This document shows positions 12,420 to 25,612 of a DNA stretch of 64,000 nucleotides, in pieces (position 1 is the first letter of the stretch; each line of letters opens with the position of its first letter). The notes under the pieces were generated by a model. That model was not told where the DNA came from, did no database searches, and saw only the letters and a program-made list of their open reading frames with translations. A program made the position numbers and the translations under genes. The DNA is from Ginglymostoma cirratum. Taxonomy: Eukaryota. The stretch spans positions 27,871,763-27,935,762 of the forward strand of contig JAHRHZ010000264.1 of the NCBI GenBank assembly GCA_024137785.1, written 5' to 3'.

Positions 12420-12965
12420 AACTCACATTCTGTATTTGTGTTACAATGGGCAATTAAAAAACTACCAGGAGGAGAAATTTCCACAAACATTCCCATTCCT
12501 AGTGATGGAGGAGCCCAGTGCATTAATGCAATAGACAAGGATGAACTGGTTGCACCCATCTTCAGCCAAGAAGACAGAATAGATGATTCATCTCCGTTTC
12601 CTCCTCAATTCACCACTACCATAGATGCCAGTCTTCAGCCAGTTTGATTCACTCCATATGATATAAAGAAACAGCTCAGCACATTGGATATAACAAAGCT
12701 TGCAGAACCTGACAGTATTTCAGCTCCTGTATTGAAATCTGCAGCAGATGAATGGGAGCACCCAGTATCTATAAATTCCTCTGAGTCATACACCATCGAG
12801 ACTTGAGAACTATGTCGTCATTCCTAAACTGTTTGATTGAAATGCCAAAACTTTCCTCCCAACAGCATTCTGATATATCTTCGGAACATGTATTGTAGGG
12901 GTTCAAGTAGAGTTCTCATGATCACCTTCTCATGTGTAATTGGGGATGGTCAATATGTGCTGACT
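12420..12965 (+). mobile_element. CR1/L2-clade LINE fragment, decayed with internal deletions
   Basis: GGEISTNIPIPSDGG...IFSQ...DASLQP in ORF 12384-12647. Tail-like ggggatggtcaatatgtgctg at ~12941. Confidence 0.6.
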
Positions 12966-13409
12966 TTGTCACCAAATTCGATGAATGATTCTGCCAAATT
13001 GCTTGGAAGCTCTTGAGAACTTCAATTGACACTGAATATTGGGCTCAATCTGCTTGTAAAGCCAGTCAGCTTAAATTCATTAGTTTTCCACAGCTTTCGA
13101 GCAAACATTCAATTTTAAACCCTTCTTCAGAGATGTTATCAATATTCTTCCTTCTTGTGAAATCACCAAAAGTTATGAACCAAATATTACTCCCAGACGA
13201 CCCTCAGCAACACGTTTAAAGTATAAAACAATGTAGAAAGAAACAACTGAAAAATACAGAGAGAGGTGTATAGTGAGGTGGCAGCTGCTTGATGCAATCC
13301 CTGACAAAGTCAGGGATAGAAGGGTAAGGAGGATTACAATGCTCCTGAGGAACTTGGGCCTGTCAAAGTGGACTGTGAAACAAAAACAGAAGAAAAACAT
13401 TTTTCTACT

Positions 13410-13465
13410 TAACAAGCATGGGGCTGGATGAACACAGCAGGTCAAGCAGCATCATAGGAGCAGGA
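13410..13465 (-). repeat. Perfect 56-bp inverted copy of positions 54-109
   Basis: taacaagcatggggctggatgaacacagcaggtcaagcagcatcataggagcagga is the exact reverse complement of 54-109. Confidence 0.9.
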
Positions 13466-15799
13466 TTTGTCTTTTAATGGTTGGGCTATGTGCATAAAGA
13501 AATAAACCCATGGAATGTTTATATAATGCAACAGTCGTAATACGAATTGCATCACAATTCACCATGCTTAAATAAAACAACTTAATTTAATATAAACTAA
13601 GAGCTGACTGTAAATTCTGCAATCATACAAGCTAGACTATATCACAGCAATTATCTCCGATCAACATATAATTCTAACTAAGGTGCAAAACAATTAAAGA
13701 ATGAATTTTCAACTGCTATATTATCTCACGAACCACAATCTAAGATATATTTTCTCCTTCTTGCACCAGTTTTCAAAGTAATTGAATTTACCTGTTATCA
13801 GACGTTTATTTCAACCACTTAGCAGAAAAATGTTCTTTGGTGGCAGAATGGAAAGGAAGTAAAAGCAGAAAATTTATTCAAGATTAGACTGGAATCCATT
13901 GGGAGACAGAAAATCATGTAGTTAACATGAATATTTAACATTAAAATGCACACTAAGTCCTGCTATTGTGGATTTTACTTCTTTTAGCGACCTAAAAATT
14001 AACATAACCATAGAATTCAGTGTTTTGCCAGCTATTTTCCTATTATCCACTCCGCACTATAACCTGTGCTGGTAGAATAGGCATTCCTTTGGGAATTTCT
14101 CTTCCCATAGGGAAGCTTGAAGATGAAGGGGAATTAGAAGGAAATAAGCAGAGGAATGTGTGCTTGTATCTGAGGGTAAATTTACCAACATAAAAATGTA
14201 GAACCACAGATCCATTTATGATACTTGGACATGTCACAGATGATGCATCTTTGTATCTATTCTTTATCAAGGCAACCTTGACTGACATCTTCCAGCAGAA
14301 AAATAATTTTTTGGAGAAGTTAAAATTTGAAGCTTGATCTCTCTACTTGTGCACTAACAGAAATGTCAACAAATGAGCCATCATTGTTCAGCAGCTGATG
14401 GAAAAATGTGAATGAGGCCTGGCTGTTGGCTATATAGCGTAACTGGGAGGTAAACTAGCTGTTACTGTGCAATGGGAGAGCAATGACAGAGCTGGTAATT
14501 TGTGACAGATTCCAAAATGGACAAGCAGTAAATATGAGGCAATAGCCTTAAATTTACAACATGACTAAAGGGCTTCACGTTTCCATGATGCTAAACATAA
14601 AAGAAAGACAGGCAACAAGGACCCAAAATGTGACACATTAGCTAAAGAGGCCATAGGGTAAAAATTGGTCCATGACATGATTTGTTGACGGGCGTAAAAT
14701 CTGCAGAACAGGACTTATTTTGGGACATTGTGACTCCAATCTGCAAAGTTTCCAAGTAAAATTGGATTGGACATATCTCAGGCGTCCACCTAAAACATCA
14801 ATTAAGTATATACTAATTACAGGTCTAATCCTGTTGATGGGCCCTTACCAGAAACTGGACTGCAGGCTTTGGGATGTGGATGTAGTCAAGACTGCCAAAC
14901 AAGGGAAGTTAAGAAGAACCTGAAACTGTAGGTGGACTGAGGATATTGGCAATTATCTGCCCGAAGACATTTCTACCTTCATTCTGCAACAAGGAAAGCA
15001 ATGGGTCAGGACATTATCAATGATTGCAACCAATACAAGGATTTGCCTAGGCATTATTCTGCACCACTCTCCTGCTATCAAGCCAACTGTGCCAATATTT
15101 GATGCTCAGTGCAGTTGAAAAATCACCGAGCATGAAAAGATTCGATAGACAAGGGCTGCATTTTGTAATCATGTTCAGCAGGTTAGATAACTTGTGTGGC
15201 TGATTGAATAATCTGATTATTTTATTGGATTTTTTTTATACCAAATGAATTGATTTAAAAATTAAACAGATCAAGCTTCAAATCATTTAGTAAGAATTGA
15301 AAGTGAAATTTCTAGTGCAAAGCATCTCAATGACAACATTTTATTCCGTGTTTCATTCCATTTGTTATTAAGTGAAATTTGATGCACTTACCAAGTGGTA
15401 AGTCAATAATGAATTGATTTTTGTGCTGGCTAATAACTGTGGTTATAAACTATAAATGTTAAGTGATTGTATTATGGATATTATAACGAATTTCTTGTTC
15501 AGTACAAGAGGCTCTTCTAGTTAACTATTAAAAGGTTATCCTCTACCAAAGAGAAAGCAGGCCTTGTAGATGCCTCCACTTAGACAATTATAGCAGCAAG
15601 CCTACCATATGGTGAGGTGCAGACTCTATTTGGTGGCACCTACATGAGGGGAATGGGAACCAGTGGGGAAAACAGGAGGAGACTGGGACCAAAGTGTGAA
15701 GGGGCAAAGTGAGTGGGAGAAGAATTGGGGGTAGGGAAGAGTGAGGAAATCAGAGGGGTAAGAGTTGAGGGAGTTGGAAGAATGGGACTGAAGGAGGAG

Positions 15800-18100
15800 T
15801 GCGAGTGGGGAAAAATTGTGTGGTGACCTAGGAATTAATTCAGGAGGTTGGAATTTACAACGGTAACCTATTTCTACTAACTCAGCGAAGATAAAGAAAT
15901 TAAATGTTCTACTTGAACTTGCATCTTCTCAGCATCTGAATCAGATTTAAATCTGCCATCATTTCTGTTTGCCAATCTGTGATGAAGAATGAGTTGAAGG
16001 TTCTTAAATGAACTCAAGTCGGATACACTGCTCATTTCCATTCACATTGCTTATACTTCTTTGCAAACTTTGCTGATACTTACAGTCTGAACTCCATTCA
16101 CTGATAAGAATAGAAAACATTCCTCCAAATGCTGTTTCGTTGCAGGTTTCACAAAGTGTTGTGAGCTCATAAGTGATCTCAGGTCACCACACCAATGACC
16201 AATCTCTGGCACCGCCATTGTCATGTCTTAATCATTGCTGGTGTATACTTTCCAGGATATTTGCCCAACAGTGAAATTGGAATAATCATTTTTCCATCAT
16301 ATACCAGCAAGTCATCTACAACTGTGAAATGTTATTGGTGCTCAAGCCATATGTTGGACTGAGGTGGACAAAGTCAAAAGTTGCAGGACACCAAGTTATA
16401 GTCCAACAAATTTATTTGAAATCACAAGCTTTCATAGCACTGCTCCTTCGTCGGGTGAAGAGTTCACTCGGCAAAGGGGCAGCGTTATGAAAGCTTGTGA
16501 TTTCACATAAGCCTGTTGGATTATGACCTGGTGTCTTGTGTGACTTCTGACTTATGTTCATGACTAACACATTGAACCTTTGGTGCGGCCATCCTTCCAC
16601 AAAATACCAAGAAATGATGACATATTCAATTTGCTTCTCCGCCCTTGTTATAATTTGATGGAGCTGATTAAACTGGCAGGCCACCATCTCCTATCAACTC
16701 GATAATATAACTAGTTACAATGGATTCTGTCTTCTATCTGGGTTCCACAATGGGTCTAGGAAGCCCTATGAAATCTTCTTCCTGTTGTCCAATGACCAGT
16801 TATTCAGGAACTGAAATGTCTTTGACCAGTACTTCCCTGACTGTTGTTCCTTGAACAGTTGCAGTTTGACTATAACTAGTTTAACACCTTCCGCCATTTA
16901 CAGAAGGTTGAGGTAAAGTACATATGTGCTGAATTAAGAATTCAAAATTCTGAAATAGATGCCTATGCTCCCCTATTTTACATCCCTTTTTGTTGTAGAG
17001 ATTCTTGCAGTATACCTTTAATCTTAAGTGGTATACCTCCTGAACCATGCAGTTGTGCAGTTGCTATTGTAGGTTGTAAACAACGTTACTTCATTCACTG
17101 AACCCCAGCTGATATTATGGTGACATTTGTTGTACATCAAACTTAAAATTAGTGAGGTGTTCATTAACATAAAAATGATCTTGCCAAAAATTGAATTCTG
17201 GATGATCCATTTTCCCTAGTAATACCTGCAGCTATTCTTTTATTGCAGCTTGTTCAACCACATGAACTATTTTGTGTGTAACTGTTTAATTCTTATTTAT
17301 CTTGATTTAGTTCTAGTTTGACACATCTTCTGGAAGTGACCTAGTGACTTCTGGAAAAAGCATTCTTTTTAATAACTTGACACTACTTAAACTTGTGAGC
17401 TTTTTTTCGCTCCACGTTGCTGACACTACTTGCAGTATCTGCCATATAGCCTACATTCTGTATTGGCTTCTCATGTGGGTCTTTCAAGCTTTTGTACCTT
17501 AAGAAATAAATAGATTTTGCTGTTCTATATAATCTTCTCCATTTAGGATTGATATGTGTTGTTTCTAGATTTCTGCTTTGCCCCTCATCTGAATGGCTGT
17601 TACCAAAGTCAAATTTTCCTTTTGAATGTATTAAATCTAACAAAGATTCCCTTATCAGGAATTTCAACTACAATTAATTCTGACTTTCAAGCTCTGTGGT
17701 CACTTTTCTCCACTAAACTGTAGAGATTATTAAAGATGCCATCTGTATTCCCTGAACTCTTCTATTAAATCTTGCTCTTTTCAGAATTTTATTTTATGTA
17801 ATGTTAACGTAACAGTCTAAAACATGCATAACTTCAAGTATTTGTTGCTTCTCTTATGCCTTGGTAAGTTATTAATCTTGTCAGCTGCAAACTTATTTGG
17901 ATATAAATGTTTTATTTATTTGTTCAGCTTCTGATTTAGTATCCACTTTGAACACAATTCTATAGCTTAAGAATAATTTTCTCAAGGAATATGCAATTAT
18001 GTGTTATACTTGGCTCTTTTCTGAAATTATATCTTCCTGGAAATTTTATTTCTGCTGTCATATATTCCTAATGTAATTATACATTTGCCTCTGAGGCAGC
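15800..18100 (-). mobile_element. Highly degenerate Gypsy LTR retrotransposon (gag, protease and integrase relics)
   Basis: Minus strand: protease-like TNFKFD..NVTIIS at ~17110-17157; GGIPLKIKG at ~17015-17042; QIEYVII...EGWP at ~16590-16640; integrase-like ISEWSS..AKFAKKY at ~16040-16110. Confidence 0.6.
16365..16560. mobile_element. Palindromic Penelope-derived short element (~95-bp inverted arms) nested in the Gypsy relic
   Basis: Arms 16365-16459 and 16463-16560 are imperfect reverse complements around a 3-nt centre. Each arm has a degenerate hammerhead-like segment ending in tatgaaagcttgtgatttca. Confidence 0.75.
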
Positions 18101-20113
18101 TGACTTAAAGTATAACTATGCTGCTGCTGTGTACTGGAAGCATTCTTCATGTTTATGTGATCAAATGGAAAATTCTACTTCGTGCAAAAATTCGTGTCTC
18201 TAGCAAGTAAATTGATGTTTCCCTTCTTTTGTGACTTCTCCAAGTGAATCCCATTAATTGTGGCCCCAATAGACAATACCCTTTTCCTCAATTGTTTTAC
18301 TGAGTGATTTCCATTATCTGTGTCTTTAGTAAATGATTCCTCTTCTCTCAATGACAATACTGAATGAATCCAATTCTTTGTATCTCGATAAGATAAATCC
18401 TGTACTTTCACAGATTTCTTAAGATGATTTGTGCTGTTTGCAGTGCTCCTAAAAAATATTTATTTGTTTACATTTTTTTTTCCTGGATAAGTGCTGCTGT
18501 GAGTAACTTTAAAAAATGCTTCCTACCTTTCCCATGATTTGAAATAATGGATCTCCAGCTTTTTCTGTGGCCCCAATAATGTCCTAAACTTTTTTCTTCC
18601 ATGAGATCCTATCTGACTCTAATATCCCCCTTTATCACTTTAATTCTGGCTGTGCAACAATGTCTGTGACCAGGTTTAAACTTAAACTTAATTCTTAAAT
18701 TTAATTTACTTCCATGTTCCTTGGCTTACCTACTGCAGTCGGTCCTCATGGTGCCCAATCAGTATGGCAGTGACACTGGATCTAAACTATAAGCACTTCA
18801 CCTATTTCTAGCGATTATAACCTGTGCCCATGCTGTTTTTACAGTTTTACCCTTGCCAAACAGGGATTTTACACTTTACTCACAAAGCCTCTGATGACTG
18901 TTTGCTCACTGACTGAACTCCAACATGGGAATACTCCCACACTCAACTGCCTGTATCTGCTTTGGAGTTACTAACTCTCCAGTTCCAGGCAGTTGCTAAT
19001 CATCTCTTACCAGGTCTGAAATACTTTTTGCAATTGATTGCAGATTCTGCCTTGAAGAATCTTGCCACAAATTGCTCTTCTGTTGGGTTCTTAAAAGCTA
19101 GAAGCCTTAACGCTGTGTCTGAAAATTCTTTAGACCGCCACCACTTGCTATCTAAATGTAAGATGAAGTGATACCCACACTGGTATCATGTGGCATGATG
19201 CATCTTCACTATAGCTCATCATAGTATGAAGTACAACTGGTACATATCCCGCCACCATCCTCTTTACTGGTACAAATTCTCAGTGCCTGGCTAGTCTAGT
19301 GTTGCAGAGGAAAAGAACTTGGTAATATAATAAGAGGCTCTTGTCTTAAAAAAGATGCATTTTATTACATGATAGTAAGGTGTACTGGTATGTTAGACAT
19401 TGTTACTAAGGGGGTCCTTGAAGTTAGATTTCACTGCTTTGAGGTCCAAAGCTGTTCTCCTGCCTCAGTTTGTATATCATCAGGTTGGTCAATGCTTACT
19501 GTACACCTTGGCACTAACCCTTTCAAACCCTTACACTCTTAAATGAAGAAATAAAATACTTTGGATTTCATTTCTGGATCAGTGCCTGAGTTTCTAACTC
19601 ATATTGCCACCCACCTGTCAGAACACAGTTAGATTTAAGCTTATTCCTGTTATTAAAAATCTTTTGGCTAACATTTTAATATATATTCTATCATTTTCTT
19701 TTGTAGTATTTTTCATGTTAAAGGATCTGAATGATGATCTTCACATATGCATTAGATTCCTTTAGACTTATTGCTTGTTCTAAAATAGGCAAGGCGAAAT
19801 ATAAACAAAATCAATTCTATTTTAATGTCCTTATCAGCCAATTAAATCATTGCAAAGTTTTTTTTCAAAAAATGCATCACAGTTGTAAAGTTTTTAAACA
19901 GTTTGCTAATGGTTTTGATTAAATTACCACTGAATATTCACTGAGGCTAGTGGCCAAAATGGCCATTTTAAACTTACACTTCACCGATGTAGTTTTACTT
20001 GTCCGAATACCTGTCTTACCCCAGCCCTAACCTCATGCACATTAACGTCCTGCATTTCTCATGATTCCTATAAATCGAATAAAATTGCAGGATCCGAACC
20101 TGGCCTCAACGTA

Positions 20114-20132
20114 CACCGCCATCTGGTGGTTA
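20114..20132 (-). promoter_or_regulatory. Candidate CTCF binding site
   Basis: Minus strand reads taaCCACCAGATGGCGgtg, a close match to the CTCF core CCASYAGRKGGCR. Motif only. Confidence 0.4.
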
Positions 20133-21809
20133 AAATATATATCCTTCTAGTAATATAGGAAGCAGCATTTCAAACTTGGCTCCTCATTTAATTGATAAAA
20201 ATATCAATCCATTACTGTCCTGTCTGCCCCAAAACTTGCTCTATATTTCTAATGTTACTTTCCTATGCTATGATTCCTTGCTCCTTCTTTGATTTGCCTC
20301 CATTTCTTTTGAATAATCATTTGGGAAACAAATAATCCAAACTCTTTTCTCCATAACATGCATCTTTTCAAACCCCTTTCACCCCATCCCTTCATTATTG
20401 CTTCGAACACTAAAGAGAAAGAGCTTGTTCATCGCTTAAGATCATCTATGCGGCTGTGACATGCTACCTCTCCCACCTCTGCTTCCCTGACCATTGCTAA
20501 CCTATCACTCACTCAAAACTTGACCTTCCATCACTCCGCAGCGTCTAGTCCCTTACAAAGCTGCACATTGTGTTAAGGGTGTGATATAAATGCAACTTCC
20601 TGTTGCTGAGTCAGACACACCATGTGTGACTGACTGTGTCTCAAGCAATCCATGTGGCCACAGGTCTGCTTACCAGAAGCCAGGTAGCAACGACAACCTT
20701 CCTTTAAACAAACATACTTTCTGAATTTGCGTACACATTACAGTATCATTACCAACAAAAGTAAGTTACAAATTGTCTTCTGTAACTTTAGTGCTAATTA
20801 TCTGCTTTGCATATAACTTATTAAATTGTCATCCTACACTCATTCCAGAATCCTCATCATTGTACACTATAATTTATATAGAAGCTGATATTTGGAATAA
20901 TTGCAATAGCCTAATAGATAAAGACATTCTGTGGTATAGACCAAGCGGTGCCATCAAACCAGCTCACTTTTTGATTATTATTCCTAATTCGAAGACTATG
21001 CTGAGTGAACTGACGTAACTAAAACATCCAGTGGTTACTAGAAAATACTTCAATTCCCTGAAGATAGGGACTGAACACAATGAATAATCCTGGTGTTTCA
21101 GTAGACATCGGGCAGAATTTAATGCCCTGCCCTAGGGCAGGTTTGGAAGTGTAGAGATATTTATGCAGCTGTGTGGGATCCCACCACCTTCCTGCCTCAG
21201 CCCCAGTGAAGCCCAGTGGCAGACAGGCTCTTGGTTCTTCCTACTTCACTGCCGATCGATCCGTCACCAACATTCATAACTTTTTTGGGGGATGGGATTC
21301 TGCATTTCTACTGTGTTCTGTGTGAAAGTGAGCATCCTGACTTCACACCTTATACCGCTTTGCTCTAACTTTAAAATGACATCCTGTCATAACCATGGAT
21401 CACCGATGGCCCTATTGCGCTTTAACTAGAACATGTTTCTTTTTCTTTAAATCAAAGAACTATTGCAAAAGTGAGTGCTGGTCTAAATTTAGTGACTGCC
21501 TTGAGAGAGAAGAGAGAGAGAGAGACTTTGAAGTGTCATACCTCACGAGGTGTCAAAGAAGGGTCACAGGGAGAAAACACACTATAACCTGAATGTGTAC
21601 ACTCCTGGAGTATCTCAGACTATGAGCATAATGTTAAAAAAGTAGTGAGAGATCTGCTTGCATTTTCCCACTTTCAAGCACACACAGGATTTAGAAGTGA
21701 GTTTCAACCCTGATCTATGTATGTTAGTGGCCTGATGTCTTGTTATGTGGATTAGTATGCTGTGAAGGTCACAGCTCAAAGAACATGTAATCATCCATGC
21801 ATTTCTATT

Positions 21810-22710
21810 TTCAATTGTGGGATGTGGGCATCGCTGGCTGGCCAGCATTTATTGCTTGTCCCTAGTTGCCCTTAAGAAGGTTGTGGTGAGCTGCCTTCTT
21901 GAACTGCTGCAGTCCACCTGTGGATTGATCTTTAATGCCTTCAGGGAAGGAATTCCAGGATTTTGACCCAGCAACAGTGAAGGAACGGCGATATATTTCC
22001 AAGTCAGGATGGTGAGTGGCTAGGAGGGGAACTTGAAGGTGGTGGTGTTCCCGTGTATCTGTTGCCCTTGTCCTTCAAGATGGAAGTGGTTGTGGGTTTG
22101 GAAGGTGCTGTCTGAGGATGTTCTGAGGTGATGTTCTGCAGTGCATCTCGGAGAGAGTGCACACTGTTGCTACTGAGCGTCGGTGGTGGAGGGAGTCAAT
22201 GCGAGCTGCTTTGTCCTGCATTGTGTCAAGCTCCTTGAGTGTTGCTGGGGCTGCACCCATCCAGGCAAGTGGGGAGTATTCCATCGCACTCCGGACTTGT
22301 GCCTTGTAGATGGTGGACAGGCTTTGGGGTCTCAGGAGGTGGGTTAATTGCCACAACATTTCTAGCTTCTGACTTGCTCATGTAACCACTGTGTTTATGT
22401 GGCAAGTCCAGTTGAGTTTCTGGCTAGTGGTACCATCAGGATGTTGATAGGGGGGATTTAATGATGGTAACACCATTGAATGTCAAGGGCAGTAGTTAGA
22501 TTGTCTCTTATTGGTGATGGTCATAGCCTGGCATTTGTGTAGCATGAATGTTACTTGCCACTTGTCAGCCCAAGCCTGGATTTTGTCCAGATCTTGTTGC
22601 ATTTGAACATGAAATGCTCCAGTATCTGAGGAGTCACGAATGGTGCTGAACATTGTGCAATCATCAGTGAACATCCCAACTTCTGACCCTATGATGGAGG
22701 GAAGGTCTTT
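21810..22710 (-). mobile_element. CR1/L2-clade LINE 3' ~900 bp (RT C-terminus and tail), relatively well preserved
   Basis: ORFs 22483-22674 (MFTDDCT...QAWADKWQVTF) and 22075-22359 (IYKAQVRSAMEYSPLAW) followed by the 3' tail. Confidence 0.9.
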
Positions 22711-24221
22711 GCAGGTAAAGCAAAGGAAAAAGACAGTCTCTCACTCTGGAGAAAAGAATCAGGAGAAAACAATTTCAATCAATCTCCAAAGCCAAGAATT
22801 TCAGAATTGATTGTTCAACTGTGAATGTTAATACTACAGGAAATCTCCACCATATCAGTCACAATATTGCTCTTAATGAACAATTCAGAGACAGATTTTT
22901 TATTTTTACATTTTTACTGAACTCGTATCTTTTGTCCAATCTGCATATTTAGGCAGAATCTTACAGGGGCCTGTTAGTCTGGGCTATGGCATGAGAAGTG
23001 CAGTGTGGGAGACCTTTCCCAGTGTCAGGAGCAACGTGGGCATCAAGCTGAGATTCTGTCTAGAGAGCAACAAGATGTCTATTAAAAGGGCCTAATGCTG
23101 GTTTTCAGGCTCATTTAATGCAGATCTTGCCTTATCAATATGCAGCTTCCTGTGTTACCACAACGTGAGGAAATTAAACACTGAGAGATCTAAGAAAATA
23201 CCTTGAGATTCCAGATCACTGCTTCCATACTTGAAACTCCATCTTGGAAACCCAGCAACAGTATCTTAAGGCACACTCATGGGCAGTGACTGCATGTTCC
23301 TACATCCACACACCTTGGCATCAGATAATTGCCCAATTTCATCATCAACATGGCATATCTCCGATCAACTTGAACCATGCTGCTGCACAGCCCTGCTTCA
23401 CCTCAAGGTGCACCAGCAATAATCTTCGCAATGCTGTCACAAGGACATGGAGCACACAGGAACAGTCACCCATATTGGACTAGGCTTCATCTCAGTTCTG
23501 CTTGTTTGCTCTCGTAGACCTCACTCATCTTGAAGCTACCCAAATGCTCACAGCGTCCATTACTTGCCATGCCTTGCTTTTTTGCACATTGCTCCCTCAG
23601 CCAGAGCTACCAGACTCACTGTATTTCCATCCTACCTTGCAGTTTAACACAGACACAAAACCAGGCATCTTGTCATGTTGGGAACAGACCTTAAACAGGT
23701 CAACGGATATAGCCTTCAGTCAGGATGTTCCAGTACAGTAAGGCCTGGGCAGACTCCGATAGGGGCTTGGGCATGGTCAGTCAGCCAATTGGGATGGTCA
23801 GGATCCTCTCCTTGTAAAGGGTGAACAGCCAAATGTCAGATAGCCCTCTATCCACCTTGGTTCTTTCTGTCCTTTGGTCGGCTGTATTCTGGAATAAGAG
23901 AAAGGGATATGAAAGTAGATGGCATAGCTGTTGGTGCTGGTAGATGTAAGTGAATTGTGGTGAGTGCATAGAAGGTGAAGAGTCCATGCATGAATGGTAG
24001 TGTGTGGGTTTGTGAGGGGGTGGAAGGTGAAAGCAAGTGAGCGAGGATGTTGCGTGTGATTCTGAGAGTGATAGAGCATGAGCTTTGATGGGACACTGAT
24101 ACAGAGATTTAGTGAGTGTAAGGAAGCAGCGAGTTTGTTTGGCATAACCAAGTGGTGCATATCCTACCAGCAACTGTGGGTGGGAGAATCAGGCAAGTAG
24201 CATCAGAGAAGGGAGTGCCAC

Positions 24222-24295
24222 ATTGAATTGACTTGAATTGAATTGAATCGAATTGAATCGAATTGAATTGAATTAACTTTATTGTCACAAGTGCA
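24222..24295 (-). repeat. (TTCAA)n pentanucleotide microsatellite, probably a 5'-truncated LINE 3' tail
   Basis: About 10 imperfect gaatt units. The minus strand reads tgtgacAATAAAg followed by the repeat. Confidence 0.7.
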
Positions 24296-25488
24296 GGGTA
24301 AGAAGTTACTGAGGTGACTTCGGGATGATCGCACCAAGTAGCATTGCCCAAAAGAAACCTTCCATGAAACTCAGTAAAAGTTGACACATCCAAAAATCAT
24401 AAAATTCAGCCTTAATTGTTGCATTACTATTTCATCTTACATTTGGAAATTAATAACTTCACTTTTTTGATCATTCAAGAAAGCTTCATTAAACTGAGTC
24501 CTATCAAAATATTAATTGAGTATGAGGGAAAGGTATCCACAAGGGAAGGGATCACATTCTTTGACTAACTAAGGGACACGGTTCGCCCCCTCATTTGGGA
24601 ACTTAAAGGTTTGAGGTGTCCTTTCTGGAGCCATAACAAATTGGGGAACCTGCCAAGGTACCTGGTCATAACAATCTCCACGTTCTGTCTTCACCACGCA
24701 AAGGAAATTGTTTCTCTGTATCCACCCTTCAAATCCTGGACAGGCTGCCAGTCTCCAGGCCTTAAGATCTTTGACAGGACAATAAAATTGCCTTGCCTTC
24801 AAAGGCATGCTTTGCCTAGATGCTTGGTCTCCTCGGATTCTCTATACAGAAGGAAGATCAAGCACAAGGCTCAGAGCCAGCTTTTTCAGGTACAGGTGCC
24901 CCAGCTGTGGAGCACATGGCTATATTATGCTGAATCTTTCTTGAACATTAGCACTATGGATAACATTGGACTCTGGTGCACCATATTCATGCTCAGTGCC
25001 TCATTCATGAAAGTAAGGAAAGCCCCAAACGCCTTTGCATGCCTGATCTTGACTGCTACTCATGATATCTTGGCAATAGTATCTTCTTCTTGAGGATATG
25101 CATGGTGCAAAACTCAGGATAATTGGAAACCATTCTGCCAGGAACAAGTTTGTGAGAATAGCACTCCGGAAGCACTTGTATCATGCAACAGAAATTACTG
25201 CTTGTTTTGTTTTATGTAACATTCATGAGTTGAATTTAATATAATCTGTGTAACTGTGTGAAAGGCTGTTATAATAAAGATTTGAAACAGCAAATTAGGC
25301 TGTGATGGGTATTCATGCGCTAACATAGTTTAACTCGAATTGTAAAGACAACAAAAAGCAAACTTTTCTCCAATACACTGTTTTGGATTTCATTAGCATA
25401 TTATTTACAGACTGGCAAAAGTGTTTCTGTCACCCTCTCTGTGAATTGAGGATATCAGCTCTCAAACATAACCTTCTTTTATTTACAG

Positions 25489-25612
25489 GCTGGAGTCTCC
25501 AACACGTTCTTTGTGCATGGATGCACCAAAAGGAGTTCAGATCAAAGCAAGAGCTGGAAACGTTGAAGCCTCTTCTCAGAGGGACATCGTTTTTCATACA
25601 AGTGAAGGAACG
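25489..25612 (+). CDS. SGCG: Gamma-sarcoglycan, penultimate coding exon (124 bp)
   Basis: ttctttatttacag-type acceptor (AG at 25487-25488) and GTGAGT donor at 25613. Encodes [41 protein letters not shown], matching the sarcoglycan [13 protein letters not shown] motif. Splices in frame to the next exon. Confidence 0.93.

Noticed and set aside
21483-21492. MEF2 consensus CTAAATTTAG in a muscle-gene intron
   Set aside because: A single AT-rich 10-mer, likely by chance and apparently inside a repeat-like segment.
24222-24275. Short periodic repeats as a possible CRISPR-like array
   Set aside because: A simple pentanucleotide microsatellite with no spacers, in eukaryotic DNA.
24611-25093. 160-aa ORF
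   Set aside because: No recognisable domain or splice context; probably a chance ORF or transposon relic in the SGCG intron.
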